From assembly GCA_964444415.1 (NCBI GenBank), contig CAYUHE010000001.1, positions 4,889-68,888 of the forward strand: 64,000 bases of DNA. The letters are read 5' to 3'. The position numbers and the translations under genes were made by a program. This document shows positions 1-9,990 of the stretch, one piece after another; the first letter of the stretch is position 1, and the number at the start of each line of letters is the position of its first letter. The DNA is from an uncultured Gammaproteobacteria bacterium. Its GTDB lineage: Bacteria > Cyanobacteriota > Vampirovibrionia > Gastranaerophilales > CAJFVJ01. The notes below the pieces were generated by a model. The model worked only from the letters and a program-made list of their open reading frames with translations, ran no database searches and was not told the DNA's origin.

Positions 1-581
1 GTTTCAACATTTACATTGTATTCAAACATTTTACCCAAATCATGTGTAATACAAGCCGCTATAATCAGCTCCTTATCGAGGTTTTGATAAGATTGTTCAA
101 ATATTTTGGTAGCAAACTGCAAACACTCATAAATATGGAGCAAAAGACCGCCAACATAGTTGTGGTGCATTTTTTCAGCAGCGGGTGATATTTTTAAAAG
201 TTCTTTATTTTCCATCAAAATATCCAAAGTAGCAGCTTTAAGTTTTTGATTTTTAAATTTATTAACGTAAGTCAAAATAGCATCGAAAAGTTCCTCTCTT
301 TGCTCTTGAGGCAAGCCAACAGGAGCTTTTTTTACAAGCTGAATTTTAGTAATTGTCGAAGTTTTAAAAGCTTCTTTATATACAGAGCTCAAAACCTGCA
401 CTATATTACCGTTTTTAATGGCATCATCATCAAGACTGTTTAAAATATCTTCCCAAATAACACATTTGAATTCTTCCTTAGTCTCTGTATCTTGAAGGTA
501 AAACCGCTTCATAGTCTTATTTTCACGAGTTTTATCTGATATAACACTTTTGATTTTATAATTTTGAGATGGAGATAACAT
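1..581 (-). CDS. OB-fold + HD-domain phosphohydrolase, YhaM-like 3'-5' exoribonuclease (C-terminus runs off the window)
   Basis: Absent from the ORF track because it is cut by the window edge. Manual reverse translation from ATG at 581-579 gives MLSPSQNYKIKSV...AEKMHHNYVGGLLLHIYEC...AACITHDLGKMFEYNVNVE. This shows the HH..GGLL.H and HD.GK motifs of HD hydrolases. Confidence 0.6.
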   Translation of the reverse strand, partial: MLSPSQNYKIKSVISDKTRENKTMKRFYLQDTETKEEFKCVIWEDILNSLDDDAIKNGNIVQVLSSVYKEAFKTSTITKIQLVKKAPVGLPQEQREELFDAILTYVNKFKNQKLKAATLDILMENKELLKISPAAEKMHHNYVGGLLLHIYECLQFATKIFEQSYQNLDKELIIAACITHDLGKMFEYNVNVE

Positions 582-668
582 AAAAAAGGCCTTCTTTCTA
601 TAGAATAGACTCTCGTCCAGTGTCGCAAAAGCCTGCCGCCATGCATTTGCTCACATCCGTTAGGGCAA

Positions 669-712
669 CCACTGTAAAGTGGGAAAATCGGATTTTCTCC
701 ACTTTGCAGTGG
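669..712 (+). promoter_or_regulatory. 44-nt near-perfect inverted repeat (long hairpin or operator) followed by a T-rich tract
   Basis: ccactgtaaagtgggaaaatc (669-689) and gattttctccactttgcagtgg (691-712) are reverse complements apart from one extra T and one A/G (G-U compatible) position. The repeat is followed by tcttatcttatttt. Confidence 0.35.
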
Positions 713-755
713 TCTTATCTTATTTTAGCAAACACAGAAAGCAAATAAAAGTTTC

Positions 756-784
756 TTGGCATAAAAATTATTATTAGGTAATAT
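756..784 (+). promoter_or_regulatory. Candidate sigma70-type promoter of pheA (TTGGCA-N17-TAATAT), possibly giving a leaderless mRNA
   Basis: ttggca at 756-761, a 17-nt spacer, taatat at 779-784. The pheA ATG at 791 lies 7 nt after the -10 and has no Shine-Dalgarno. Confidence 0.35.
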
Positions 785-790
785 TAAACT

Positions 791-1609
791 ATGGAAAAAA
801 TCTTATATTTAGGACCAAATGGATCATATACTCAGATTGCTGCCGAGAAAATGGCTGATAATCAAGAATTGGTTGCAACAAATTCTATAAAAAAAATCAT
901 CGATGCTATAGACCAAAATGCAAAATTTTGGGGCGTAATTCCCATAGAGAACTCTATTGAAGGCATTGTGAGAGAAGCCATAGACAATTTAGTACGCACT
1001 AAGGATGAAAAAATCCAGATTGTGAAAGAAGTAATTTTGCCGATTTCTCATTGCCTAATTGCAAAAGCACCACAAATTGAACAAATCAAAAAAATCTACT
1101 CGCATCCTCAAGCTCTGGCACAGTGCAATAATTTCATAACAAAAAACCTACCAAATGCAGAAATAATTGCAACTTCAAGCACTTCAGAAGCAGTCAAACA
1201 AATTTCAACAGAAAATGGCACTTTTGCTGCAATTGCCAATGAAAAAGCTGCTAATCTTTATAAAATGCCGATTTTGATGAGCGAGATAAACGATGAACCA
1301 GATAATCAAACACGTTTTGTACTTATCGGACGCAAACAACTTCCCAAAACAGGAAAAGACAGAACTTCTTTTGCATTTTCAACTGCCAACAAGTCAGGAG
1401 CTTTGGTTGATGTGATGTCTGTATTTAAAAAACATGCTATAAACCTTTCATACATAGACTCTCGCCCATCAAAAAAAGAATTCGGCACTTATACCTTTTT
1501 CATCGAATGTGAAGCTTATATCACCGATGAAAACCTAAAAGCCACACTAAAAGAAATTGAACCTCTAACAACTTTTATCAGATTTATAGGCTCTTACCCA
1601 AGGGCTTGA
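791..1609 (+). CDS. pheA: Prephenate dehydratase (PDT domain + C-terminal ACT domain)
   Basis: 272 aa. Has IPIENSIEG, YSHPQALAQC and TRFVLIG, then an ACT region with SYIDSRPSKK (ESRP-type motif). Confidence 0.9.
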   Translation: MEKILYLGPNGSYTQIAAEKMADNQELVATNSIKKIIDAIDQNAKFWGVIPIENSIEGIVREAIDNLVRTKDEKIQIVKEVILPISHCLIAKAPQIEQIKKIYSHPQALAQCNNFITKNLPNAEIIATSSTSEAVKQISTENGTFAAIANEKAANLYKMPILMSEINDEPDNQTRFVLIGRKQLPKTGKDRTSFAFSTANKSGALVDVMSVFKKHAINLSYIDSRPSKKEFGTYTFFIECEAYITDENLKATLKEIEPLTTFIRFIGSYPRA

Positions 1610-1783
1610 ACTCAATATAAAGTTTTGTAAACACCTTGTTAATACTTGTTTCATTGAGTATTAACCGAATAGCACTTTTTTTCTTTAACAAAAAGCTAAA
1701 GAAATTCAAAAACTCACCGATATAAAAAATGTGTTTAAAATTAAAATTTAGTGTGTCGTTGGTTTTCAAGGAGAAAAAGTAAA

Positions 1784-2278
1784 ATGGTTGGTATTAATTT
1801 AAATGGTGTGGTTCATGGGCGTGAGCTGAGGTCAGTTACCAATGAGATTTTTAGTAAAGCAAAATCTCATAATCCCTCGGCAAAATCCGATGCATCGCCA
1901 AGAGATTTCGAAAAAAATCCTTTTAAGGGTTTTAACGGTGTAAGAGAGTTTATACCTCAAGAAACAAAAACTGCAAAAGCAGGTTTCGAACAGAATACTT
2001 TGCAAATAAGCAAAACTATTCAAGAAATCATCAATTCGCGAGCAGCAATTGACAGGTACAGCAGATTTGCGTTTAAGGAGCCTGATAATAAATTGGGTGA
2101 AATTTTCGCAGACAAAACGTCCAAAAATATTTTTGGAATAAATTCTGCAACAAAAGATAGAGAAGGCAAAAATCCTTTTGCATTCCTATATAATTTGCCA
2201 AAAAATCAAAAAGAACCTCTTAGCGAAGATCAGTTGAGAAGTATCTTTGAAGTTCTAGCAAATAAAAACTATATTTAA
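1784..2278 (+). CDS. Hypothetical protein
   Basis: ORF 1751-2278. I prefer the ATG at 1784 (MVGINLNG...) because AAGGAG at 1768-1773 precedes it. No recognisable domain. Contains a repeated NPF motif (EKNPFKGF, GKNPFAFL). Confidence 0.5.
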   Translation: MVGINLNGVVHGRELRSVTNEIFSKAKSHNPSAKSDASPRDFEKNPFKGFNGVREFIPQETKTAKAGFEQNTLQISKTIQEIINSRAAIDRYSRFAFKEPDNKLGEIFADKTSKNIFGINSATKDREGKNPFAFLYNLPKNQKEPLSEDQLRSIFEVLANKNYI

Positions 2279-2418
2279 AATCCGCAATTTGTGCAGCAAA
2301 ATAGCTCTAGTACTGCTTTGGCCAAGCAAGTCAGTTTGAGTTGCAAAAATGCGAGAAAACACGACCAAATTTTAAAACACAATAAACAGACGACCAATAT
2401 TTAAACACAACACAACTA

Positions 2419-2440
2419 CCGCCTTCGGGCGGTTTTTTTT
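2419..2440 (+). terminator. Rho-independent terminator
   Basis: ccgcc-ttcg-ggcgg stem-loop followed by T8 (2433-2440). Confidence 0.8.
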
Positions 2441-2602
2441 GCATGTTATAGAATCTCTAGCTTGACATTCCGAAATAAATTCAGTCTAACCTGAGATCCC
2501 TAATAATAAGTAATAATTTTATTTACATCTATTTGAGCAATATGTTATTGTATATAAATAATAAAAAAATATATACAATAGAATGCTAACGGAGAATGAA
2601 AG

Positions 2603-2812
2603 ATGGTAAAATGTGTAAAATGCTCTTCTGAAGAAGTCGTAGCAGATAAAAAAGGATTTGGAGCTGGTAAGGCATTGGTGGGTGGATTATTATTAGGTCC
2701 AATAGGCTTACTAGGTGGATGCATAGGAAGTAATAAAATAAAAGTTGCTTGCCTAAATTGCGGACATTCTTGGGAAGTCAAAAACAATAAGCTTAAACAA
2801 AATACATATTAA
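2603..2812 (+). CDS. Small membrane-embedded split zinc-ribbon protein (LITAF-like architecture)
   Basis: 69 aa. CVKC ... glycine-zipper hydrophobic core GKALVGGLLLGPIGLLGGCIG ... CLNC. GGAGA RBS at 2592-2596. Confidence 0.6.
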   Translation: MVKCVKCSSEEVVADKKGFGAGKALVGGLLLGPIGLLGGCIGSNKIKVACLNCGHSWEVKNNKLKQNTY

Positions 2813-2841
2813 ATTTCTATCTTTCATGTTATCTTTTAAAA

Positions 2842-3942
2842 ATGCAAAACAAAGACTTAAAATACTGGATAGCCTTATCAAAATGCGATTTTGACAGCAT
2901 TTATACTGTAGAAGCTTATAGACACTTCGGTTCAATCCAAGAAGTTTGGTACGCAGGCACGGCTGACGTGGCACAAATAGAAACAATCGGACTACAAAAA
3001 GCCTCCAATATGGCTGAACGCAAGAAAACAGTCAATCCCGATGAAGCTTTTGATGAAATTATGTCTCGCAATCTCAAAGTTTTGACCTATGAAGATGATG
3101 ATTATCCCGAAAGGCTCAGACAAATTCACAACCCGCCTGCAAGTCTTTTTATCAAAGGGAATCTATATGATTGCAATCTGGATAAGGTTTTGGCCGTTGT
3201 CGGAAGCCGAAAAGCCAGCCATGCAATATTAGATATTTTAGGAAAAATCATTCGTGATCTGCCTAGCCCTGATATCACAGTCATCAGCGGAATGGCTCTT
3301 GGGATAGACACCTGCGCACACCAAGCAGCATTGGATGCCAACCTTAAAACGATAGCGGTCTTAGGTGGCGGATTTGATTTTGTTTATCCAACTCAAAATA
3401 AAAATCTTTTTGCCAAAATCATAGACGGAAACGGTGCAGTTTTGAGCGAATATTATCCTACAATCGAGCCTATCGCATGGCAATTTCCTCATCGCAACAG
3501 AATCGTAAGCGGCATGAGCAAAGGAGTTTTGGTCGCAGAAGCTGCTGAAAAAAGCGGCGCATTAATCACGGCGCATCTGGCTCTGGAACAGAACAAAGAA
3601 CTGATGTGCATACCCGGGCTAGTTACTAATCCTAATGCCAAAGGAACAAATAATTTGATAAAATCAGGAGCAGCTCTAATTACTGAAGCTCAAGATATTA
3701 TGAATGCCCTAAACTGGCAAACTGAGTCGATTTCGCCTTGTCAAAAAGAACGAATGGAAAATAAACTTCTTGACAATGAACAAAAAGTGTATAAAACTCT
3801 TAATTTAGAGGCGAAGTCTATAGATGAGATCTTGAAAGAAACAGCTCTAAGCACTGCTGAGCTGATGGTCATTTTGACTTCTTTAGAACTTCAAGGCATA
3901 ATAAAGCAGATTCCGCAAGAGAAATTTATTAGGACATTATAA
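2842..3942 (+). CDS. dprA: DNA-processing protein DprA/Smf
   Basis: 366 aa. Has AVVGSRKAS, SGMALGIDTCAHQAAL, HRNRIVSG and GALITA motifs, and the conserved dprA-topA synteny. Confidence 0.9.
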   Translation: MQNKDLKYWIALSKCDFDSIYTVEAYRHFGSIQEVWYAGTADVAQIETIGLQKASNMAERKKTVNPDEAFDEIMSRNLKVLTYEDDDYPERLRQIHNPPASLFIKGNLYDCNLDKVLAVVGSRKASHAILDILGKIIRDLPSPDITVISGMALGIDTCAHQAALDANLKTIAVLGGGFDFVYPTQNKNLFAKIIDGNGAVLSEYYPTIEPIAWQFPHRNRIVSGMSKGVLVAEAAEKSGALITAHLALEQNKELMCIPGLVTNPNAKGTNNLIKSGAALITEAQDIMNALNWQTESISPCQKERMENKLLDNEQKVYKTLNLEAKSIDEILKETALSTAELMVILTSLELQGIIKQIPQEKFIRTL

Positions 3943-6222
3943 ATGGCAAAAACTAAAGAAAAAAATGAAAAAACAGAAAAAGCCCCAAAAAAAGAGAAGA
4001 AGGAGAAATCTCTTGTAATAGTGGAGTCTCCTGCAAAAGCAAAAACCATCAAAAAAATATTGGGCGAATCCTTCCAGATAGAAGCCAGCTATGGTCACAT
4101 CAGGGATTTTCCAAAAAAAATTATGGGCTTTGATGCAGAAAATGATTTTGCTTTGACTTTTGCAATTATTCCTGAAAAAGAAAAAGTCGTAAAAAAATTA
4201 AATGATGCCGCCAAAATGGTTGATAATATTTATCTCGCACCCGACCCTGACCGTGAGGGAGAGGCAATAGCGTGGCACATTGCAGAGGTATTGGATACCA
4301 AAGGCAAAAAGGTCTACAGAATTGAATTTAACGAAATCACATCAACTGCAATAAAACATGCTGTCGAAAATCCTCGTCCTATAGATATGGATAGAGTTGC
4401 GGCACAACAAACAAGACAAGTTTTAGACAGACTCGTAGGGTACAAACTTAGCCCGCTTCTTTGGGACAAACTCAAAAACCGCACATTATCAGCAGGCCGC
4501 GTACAAAGTGTTGCCCTAAAACTGGTTTGCGAAAAAGAAAAAGAAATTGAAGCCTTTGTAGCACAAGAGTATTGGACAATCGACGCTGATTTTCAAAAAG
4601 GAAAATCAGAGCCTTTCAGCGCTGAACTTACCAAATATCAAAGCAAAAAAATTGAAATTACTAATGAAACAGATGCCAAAAAAGCTGTTTCGGATTTGAC
4701 CCAAAAAGATGTGGGATTTAAAGTCGACAAAATTACTGTCAGAAACTCTCAACGCAAGCCCACTGCACCTTTTATAACAAGTACTTTGCAACGAGAAGCC
4801 AGCAACAAGCTTGGCTACGGTGTTGGAAAAACAATGCAAGTTGCACAAAAGCTCTATGAAGGTATCGACCTTGGCGATGGTCCTATCGGTCTTATAACCT
4901 ATATGAGAACCGACAGCACAAGGATTTCTGATGAAGCTACTTTGGCGGCAAAAGAATATATTTTGGAGAATTTTGGCGAAAAGTTTTACCCAAATGAACC
5001 AAATATCTATGCCAAAAAAGGTAAAAGTGTCCAAGATGCTCACGAAGCAATCAGACCAACTTATGTTGAACATACGCCTGATTCTATCAAAAATCACCTT
5101 TCATCTGAACAATACAGGCTCTACAAGCTCATTTGGGAAAAATTTATTGCATCTCAAATGACAAATGCAGAAGTCGAAAACACCACAATCGAAATTGAAG
5201 GAGCAAGCTATACCTTCAAATTAGGCGCAAGCAAAGTTAACTTCAAAGGATTTTTGGTTGTACTAAAAGACGATGAAGAACTTCAAAAAGCTGAAAAAAT
5301 GCCTGATTTAAAAGAAGGCGAAGCTGTAAATCTGCTCAAAATTCACCCTGAACAAAATTTTACGCAACCTCCTGCAAGATACACAGAAGCAAGCTTAGTA
5401 AAGATTTTGGAGGAATACGGAATCGGAAGACCAAGTACCTATGCGCCGATTATTTCTAAAATTCAACAAAGAAATTATGTAATTAAAGAAGAAAAAAGCC
5501 TTGTACCGACTGTCTTAGGCAGAACCGTGGATGAACAATTAGGCGGACATTTTCAAGATATTATCAACTATGAATTCACAGCCAATATGGAAAATAAACT
5601 TGATGATATTGCAGAAAGAAATGCAACTTCTGTCAAAGTTTTAACGGATTTTTATGGCCCTTTTATTGAAAATGTCGAACGTGCCAACAAAGAAATGGAA
5701 AAAGTCGATATTTTAACCGGCGAAGACTGCCCAAATTGCGGAAAACCTCTTGCGCTTAAAACCAGCCGATGGGGAACACAATTTATGGGCTGTACAGGTT
5801 ACCCTGAGTGCAAAACCTCTGTCCCTCTAACAAAAGATCAAAAGAAAGCCCCCGAAGACAGGCCAAGCGAAGAAAAATGTGAAAAATGCCAGTCAGAGAT
5901 GGTTATTAGATACGGTCCTTACGGCGATTACTTGCTTTGCACAAATGAAGATTGTAAAAACAAACAAAAAATTGTCATAAAAACAGGCGTTAACTGCCCA
6001 AAATGTGATGGTGAACTTATTCAAAAACGCTCAAGATATGGTAAAATATTTTACGGATGCAACAAATACCCTAACTGTGATGTAGCTCTATGGGGCGAAC
6101 CTACAGGCGAAAAATGCCCTGAATGCGGTTCAATGCTTGAACTTAAGCACTACAAAAAAGGTGATGTGACCAAATGTTCATCCAAAACTTGCAAGTACCA
6201 AAAAAATCCTGACGGAGAATAG
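3943..6222 (+). CDS. topA: DNA topoisomerase I (type IA) with C-terminal zinc-ribbon repeats
   Basis: 759 aa. Toprim LVIVESPAKAKTI, the active-site region YMRTDS, and four CxxC...CxxC fingers at the C-terminus. Has a Lys/Glu-rich N-terminal extension. Confidence 0.95.
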   Translation: MAKTKEKNEKTEKAPKKEKKEKSLVIVESPAKAKTIKKILGESFQIEASYGHIRDFPKKIMGFDAENDFALTFAIIPEKEKVVKKLNDAAKMVDNIYLAPDPDREGEAIAWHIAEVLDTKGKKVYRIEFNEITSTAIKHAVENPRPIDMDRVAAQQTRQVLDRLVGYKLSPLLWDKLKNRTLSAGRVQSVALKLVCEKEKEIEAFVAQEYWTIDADFQKGKSEPFSAELTKYQSKKIEITNETDAKKAVSDLTQKDVGFKVDKITVRNSQRKPTAPFITSTLQREASNKLGYGVGKTMQVAQKLYEGIDLGDGPIGLITYMRTDSTRISDEATLAAKEYILENFGEKFYPNEPNIYAKKGKSVQDAHEAIRPTYVEHTPDSIKNHLSSEQYRLYKLIWEKFIASQMTNAEVENTTIEIEGASYTFKLGASKVNFKGFLVVLKDDEELQKAEKMPDLKEGEAVNLLKIHPEQNFTQPPARYTEASLVKILEEYGIGRPSTYAPIISKIQQRNYVIKEEKSLVPTVLGRTVDEQLGGHFQDIINYEFTANMENKLDDIAERNATSVKVLTDFYGPFIENVERANKEMEKVDILTGEDCPNCGKPLALKTSRWGTQFMGCTGYPECKTSVPLTKDQKKAPEDRPSEEKCEKCQSEMVIRYGPYGDYLLCTNEDCKNKQKIVIKTGVNCPKCDGELIQKRSRYGKIFYGCNKYPNCDVALWGEPTGEKCPECGSMLELKHYKKGDVTKCSSKTCKYQKNPDGE

Positions 6223-6225
6223 AAT

Positions 6226-7071
6226 ATGATTAAGCTTGGCTTAATTGGAACGCCAATCAAACAATCACTTTCACCAATCATCCATAATACTGCCCTTGAA
6301 AGCCTTGGTATGATTGGGAGTTATGAACTGCTCGAAACAGAGCCCGAGGATTTGATTGAAAGACTAAAATATCTTAAAACACAAGACTACCTTGGGTTTA
6401 ATGTTACAATTCCGCTAAAAATCCCTGTAACTCTGTTTTTACAACAAGTAGATGATATCGCAGACCTTGCAGGAGCTGTAAATACAGTTACAATTTCTGA
6501 AGATAAGTTTTTATACGGCTATAATACAGATGTGTATGGCTTTGTTGAAGGACTGCCTGCTTTTATGCGCGCAGAGTTAAAACAAAAAAAAGCAGCTATC
6601 TTAGGAACAGGCGGGGTATCGAGAGCAGTGGTAATAGGGCTTTCACAAATTGGCGTTAGCGAAGTGACTTTTTATTCGACAGATATTTTAAAAGCCAAAG
6701 AAATTTGCTACTTTTTAACCCAAAAATTCCCTATGATGAAATTCCACGTTCACAACTATGCATCAAATATAAATTTATCTGAATATGCTCTCATAATAAA
6801 TACAACGCCTCTAGGTACTTTTGGGCAATATTGTGGTGTTTCGCCACTTGATGACAATATTATGGACACCTTAGACCCTCAAGCAATCGTCTATGACTTG
6901 GTTTACAACCCAAGGCAAACAGAACTTTTGAATCAAGCAAGAAAACGCAACCTTCGTACTGTTGAAGGCATTGATATGCTAATTCATCAAGGTGTAAAAG
7001 CTTTTGAAATTTGGACAGGGCAAAAACCGCCTATTGATAAAATTCGTACAGAAGTTATGAAAAAACTATAG
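6226..7071 (+). CDS. aroE: Shikimate 5-dehydrogenase
   Basis: 281 aa. Has GLIGTPIKQSLSPIIHN, FNVTIPLK, NTDVYGF and GTGGVSRAV. Confidence 0.9.
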   Translation: MIKLGLIGTPIKQSLSPIIHNTALESLGMIGSYELLETEPEDLIERLKYLKTQDYLGFNVTIPLKIPVTLFLQQVDDIADLAGAVNTVTISEDKFLYGYNTDVYGFVEGLPAFMRAELKQKKAAILGTGGVSRAVVIGLSQIGVSEVTFYSTDILKAKEICYFLTQKFPMMKFHVHNYASNINLSEYALIINTTPLGTFGQYCGVSPLDDNIMDTLDPQAIVYDLVYNPRQTELLNQARKRNLRTVEGIDMLIHQGVKAFEIWTGQKPPIDKIRTEVMKKL

Positions 7072-7094
7072 AAATAATCTCAAAAAATCTAAAA

Positions 7095-7799
7095 TTATTT
7101 TTTCTCATAACTTTGTGAAGCAAAAAATGAGCCAAGCCTGGATTCCAACAAACTTGCGGTTTTCATAAATTCGATTAAATCTTTCATGTTGCTATCTTTT
7201 TCCCCATAGGGAGTGTCTTTCAGGTTGACAATATGTTCCATGTTTTTGTACAAAGTATCTAATTTGCCAACAGTATTATTGAGATATTTTCTGGATTTGA
7301 AAAAAGGTACGACACCAAAAAGCCAAGCACCGATTTTGGTTTTTGAAAAATCACTTAGTTGTGTTTTAAAAATTTGATGAAAAGATTCCAATTTCTCTGC
7401 AATTTTGTTACTAATTCGATAAAAATCGCCAAGATTTTGATATTCTATTTTTACCTGCGCCAGATCGTTTTCACGTTCTTCTTTTTTGGACAAAAGCTCA
7501 CGCAATTTGTCGTTTTTATCTTTCGGATTTGTAATGCAAACTAAACGAATTTGATCGTCTATCATATCAATTTCTTTAGTAATTGTATACATTTTGACTT
7601 CAAGCCTAAGAGCAATTTCATCAAGTTCAATACCTGCGGTGTCCTCAAGAATTTTAATGTCCAATTCGTTAAAACGCTTGGGGGGCTTGATAGCACTTAC
7701 TGGCGCATTAAGACCTGTCGGAACAACATTTCCATATTTTTCCTGAATGATACCTTTTTTTACATGCTGAAAAGTACTTTTGTCGTCTGTTTGCGACAT
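7095..7799 (-). CDS. Hypothetical coiled-coil protein
   Basis: 234-aa ORF with AGAGG about 9 nt upstream of the ATG. No recognisable domain. Same strand as the pgeF and SEC-C genes, downstream of them. Confidence 0.55.
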   Translation of the reverse strand: MSQTDDKSTFQHVKKGIIQEKYGNVVPTGLNAPVSAIKPPKRFNELDIKILEDTAGIELDEIALRLEVKMYTITKEIDMIDDQIRLVCITNPKDKNDKLRELLSKKEERENDLAQVKIEYQNLGDFYRISNKIAEKLESFHQIFKTQLSDFSKTKIGAWLFGVVPFFKSRKYLNNTVGKLDTLYKNMEHIVNLKDTPYGEKDSNMKDLIEFMKTASLLESRLGSFFASQSYEKK

Positions 7800-7922
7800 A
7801 AATAAAACCTCTATAGCTATATAATTTGTTATCGACCAAATTTCAAAAAACTTTGTACTCTATGTGAATGGTTTTTCCAATAATAGAGGATGCGGAAAAA
7901 TTGGGGTTTTTCCGTGCCTTCA

Positions 7923-9206
7923 TTACAGGCAGCATTTCTTATATTTTTTGCCACTGCCGCACGGACAAGGCTCATTTCTGCCCACAGCTCCGACATTGGC
8001 TGGGACTTTTGATTGTTCTTTATTAGCAAAGCCCATAAGCTTACTGAAAGCCTTTGACAGGTACAAAACTGTGGTCGAGGAAAATTTAGAACTTTCTAAA
8101 TATTCGTATTTATATTTTTTTTCAATCGCCTTAAAAGATTTGAAACTTGCGCCTGTGGCTTCGTTCACTATATCCAAAAATCGTTTATTATCAAGCGAAT
8201 ATGCCATTTTCAAAACAAAAGGAGGGATTTTATCACTCTCTAAAAAGTTTCGAATGCATTCTTTGTATCCATCAATTTGTTCATAATTTTTGTCCTTAAA
8301 AATACACAAAAAAGTATTCAAAAATGGAATTACAAAAAGTCCTAATTCATCATCATAAACCAGAGCAATGTCATAAGACCTATTTTGCGAACCAAAGCCT
8401 GCAGCCGCCGTCTCCAAAAAATCCCCTGATTCAGATGAAACATCAAAATAAATTGCACTTTTCGGATCTTCTATCAAACCTATAATCTCAGTTTCGGGTG
8501 GCTTTTTCGCCCCTTCTACAAACTCATTAAATAATCCCAAAAGCTCATCCGCTTTTTTATTTACGGTAATAATTTGCTTAGAACCAAAGAATTCTTCGAA
8601 CAATTCGCCTGTTTTTTTGATTTCCGACTGAATCTCAGCAAATTTTTCCGGATTATCTTGATAAAGCATCTTAGGTTCTTGTATTTGTTTTGCAACTGCA
8701 AGACGAAATGCCTTTTCCTCTTGGACTTGCGGAATAATTTCATTCAATTCAAGCATATAATATTCATTTTTGTAAGGAAAAATTCTGGCAATAATATATT
8801 GATCAAGCCCAACGCCACGCAAATTAGTCATTTTGACCATTGAATACGTCGCATAAGTTTTTTCATTAACAATATTAAAAAGCTCAAAACCTATTTTGAA
8901 AAGCTTTTTGACCTGATAAACAGAAGCAATATTTTCTTTCAAAGCCTCTACTACTTCTTTTTCGTCTTTTTTAAGGGCTTTTTGCCCCAAAAATAAATCA
9001 AAAACAGTTTCTCTTTCTTCTCCAATCCTGCGTTCAAATATATATGGCATCAAAACCTTTTGCAAATTCTCCTTTGAACCACCTTGAAAACCAATCATCT
9101 GCAAATACGAATTCAAATCTGCAGAAACCCTTTCATCCTTATAAACATAGTCTATAAGCTGATTTATAACATTACCCACTAGCTCTACTGTAGTCTGATT
9201 AATCAT
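7923..9206 (-). CDS. SEC-C metal-binding motif protein, function unknown
   Basis: 427 aa ending in [17 protein letters not shown] (SEC-C motif). The start overlaps the pgeF stop (ATGATTAA). Confidence 0.7.
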   Translation of the reverse strand: MINQTTVELVGNVINQLIDYVYKDERVSADLNSYLQMIGFQGGSKENLQKVLMPYIFERRIGEERETVFDLFLGQKALKKDEKEVVEALKENIASVYQVKKLFKIGFELFNIVNEKTYATYSMVKMTNLRGVGLDQYIIARIFPYKNEYYMLELNEIIPQVQEEKAFRLAVAKQIQEPKMLYQDNPEKFAEIQSEIKKTGELFEEFFGSKQIITVNKKADELLGLFNEFVEGAKKPPETEIIGLIEDPKSAIYFDVSSESGDFLETAAAGFGSQNRSYDIALVYDDELGLFVIPFLNTFLCIFKDKNYEQIDGYKECIRNFLESDKIPPFVLKMAYSLDNKRFLDIVNEATGASFKSFKAIEKKYKYEYLESSKFSSTTVLYLSKAFSKLMGFANKEQSKVPANVGAVGRNEPCPCGSGKKYKKCCL

Positions 9207-9990
9207 CCAAATCCTCTTTCAATTGTGCAACAACACCATGCCGCATAAGCGTCTGATTGTCTTTCCTGTAAGAATAAAATAAATCATTAGAGCAACTTGT
9301 GCAATACTCCATTACGTCAATATCCATAATACCCTTTTCCATAACTTGATAGGCATTTATTTTCTTCAAATCCATTTTATTTCCTGCATAAATATCATCG
9401 TATTCGCCTTCCAATGAGTATTCAAGAACCTCTTTTACCTCATCGGATACCTCAAAGCAACACTCTGAAATACAAGCTCCTATCGCCACGCTGATGTCTT
9501 TTGGGTGAATACCCATAGTATCAATCATAATCTTGCAGGCTTTTTTGGTTATACCGGATGCCGTTCCTCTCCATCCTGCGTGCAAAACAGCCAGAACTTG
9601 ATTCTTTTTGGAATACAAAATTACAGGGACACAATCAGCAAAACACAACATTACAGGCACATTTGGCACTGTAATAATTATCCCGTCTGTTGCCAAAAAA
9701 TCTTTTTTTACATCCCAAACATTGTCAACAATCGCTATGTTGCTTGTGTGTTCTTGATTTGGAATAATTATATTATGCTGAAAAACTTTTTCTTTTTGAA
9801 TTTCTACATAATCTGCCTCATCGGACAACTCAGGAATGGCTTTGGGCATAAAATCCAACTCGATTAAAAATTTGTCTCTATCTAAAGGATTTTTCATATC
9901 CAACCCACGGGTCGAAAAGGCATGGTGCAAGCCATCTAACTTTGTCGATTCGAAATATTTTATATGATTTTTTTCTTTTTCTCTGAACAT
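9199..9990 (-). CDS. pgeF: YfiH/PgeF family (laccase-domain, peptidoglycan editing factor / purine nucleoside phosphorylase-like)
   Basis: Has [28 protein letters not shown] and CCFEV motifs. The ORF extends to a TTG at 10008. The ATG at 9990 is preferred, but the start is uncertain. Confidence 0.8.
   Translation of the reverse strand: MFREKEKNHIKYFESTKLDGLHHAFSTRGLDMKNPLDRDKFLIELDFMPKAIPELSDEADYVEIQKEKVFQHNIIIPNQEHTSNIAIVDNVWDVKKDFLATDGIIITVPNVPVMLCFADCVPVILYSKKNQVLAVLHAGWRGTASGITKKACKIMIDTMGIHPKDISVAIGACISECCFEVSDEVKEVLEYSLEGEYDDIYAGNKMDLKKINAYQVMEKGIMDIDVMEYCTSCSNDLFYSYRKDNQTLMRHGVVAQLKEDLDD

Noticed and set aside
246-443. 65-aa plus-strand ORF in the track
   Set aside because: It lies entirely antisense to the well-supported HD-domain (YhaM-like) gene at 1-581. 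It has a TTG start, no RBS and a low-complexity translation.
1638-1665. Hairpin gttaatact-N10-agtattaac after pheA as a terminator
   Set aside because: The stem is almost all A/T and the T-run starts about 10 nt after it. The evidence is insufficient.
2547-2579. Perfect 10-bp inverted repeat attgtatata-N13-tatatacaat as an operator
   Set aside because: It is composed entirely of A/T in an AT-rich spacer, so the chance expectation is high. It is mentioned only within the miniprotein finding.
4606-5097. 163-aa minus-strand ORF (and the 76-aa plus-strand ORF at 4931-5161)
   Set aside because: Both sit inside topA, antisense or out of frame. The topA frame has unambiguous family motifs across this stretch.
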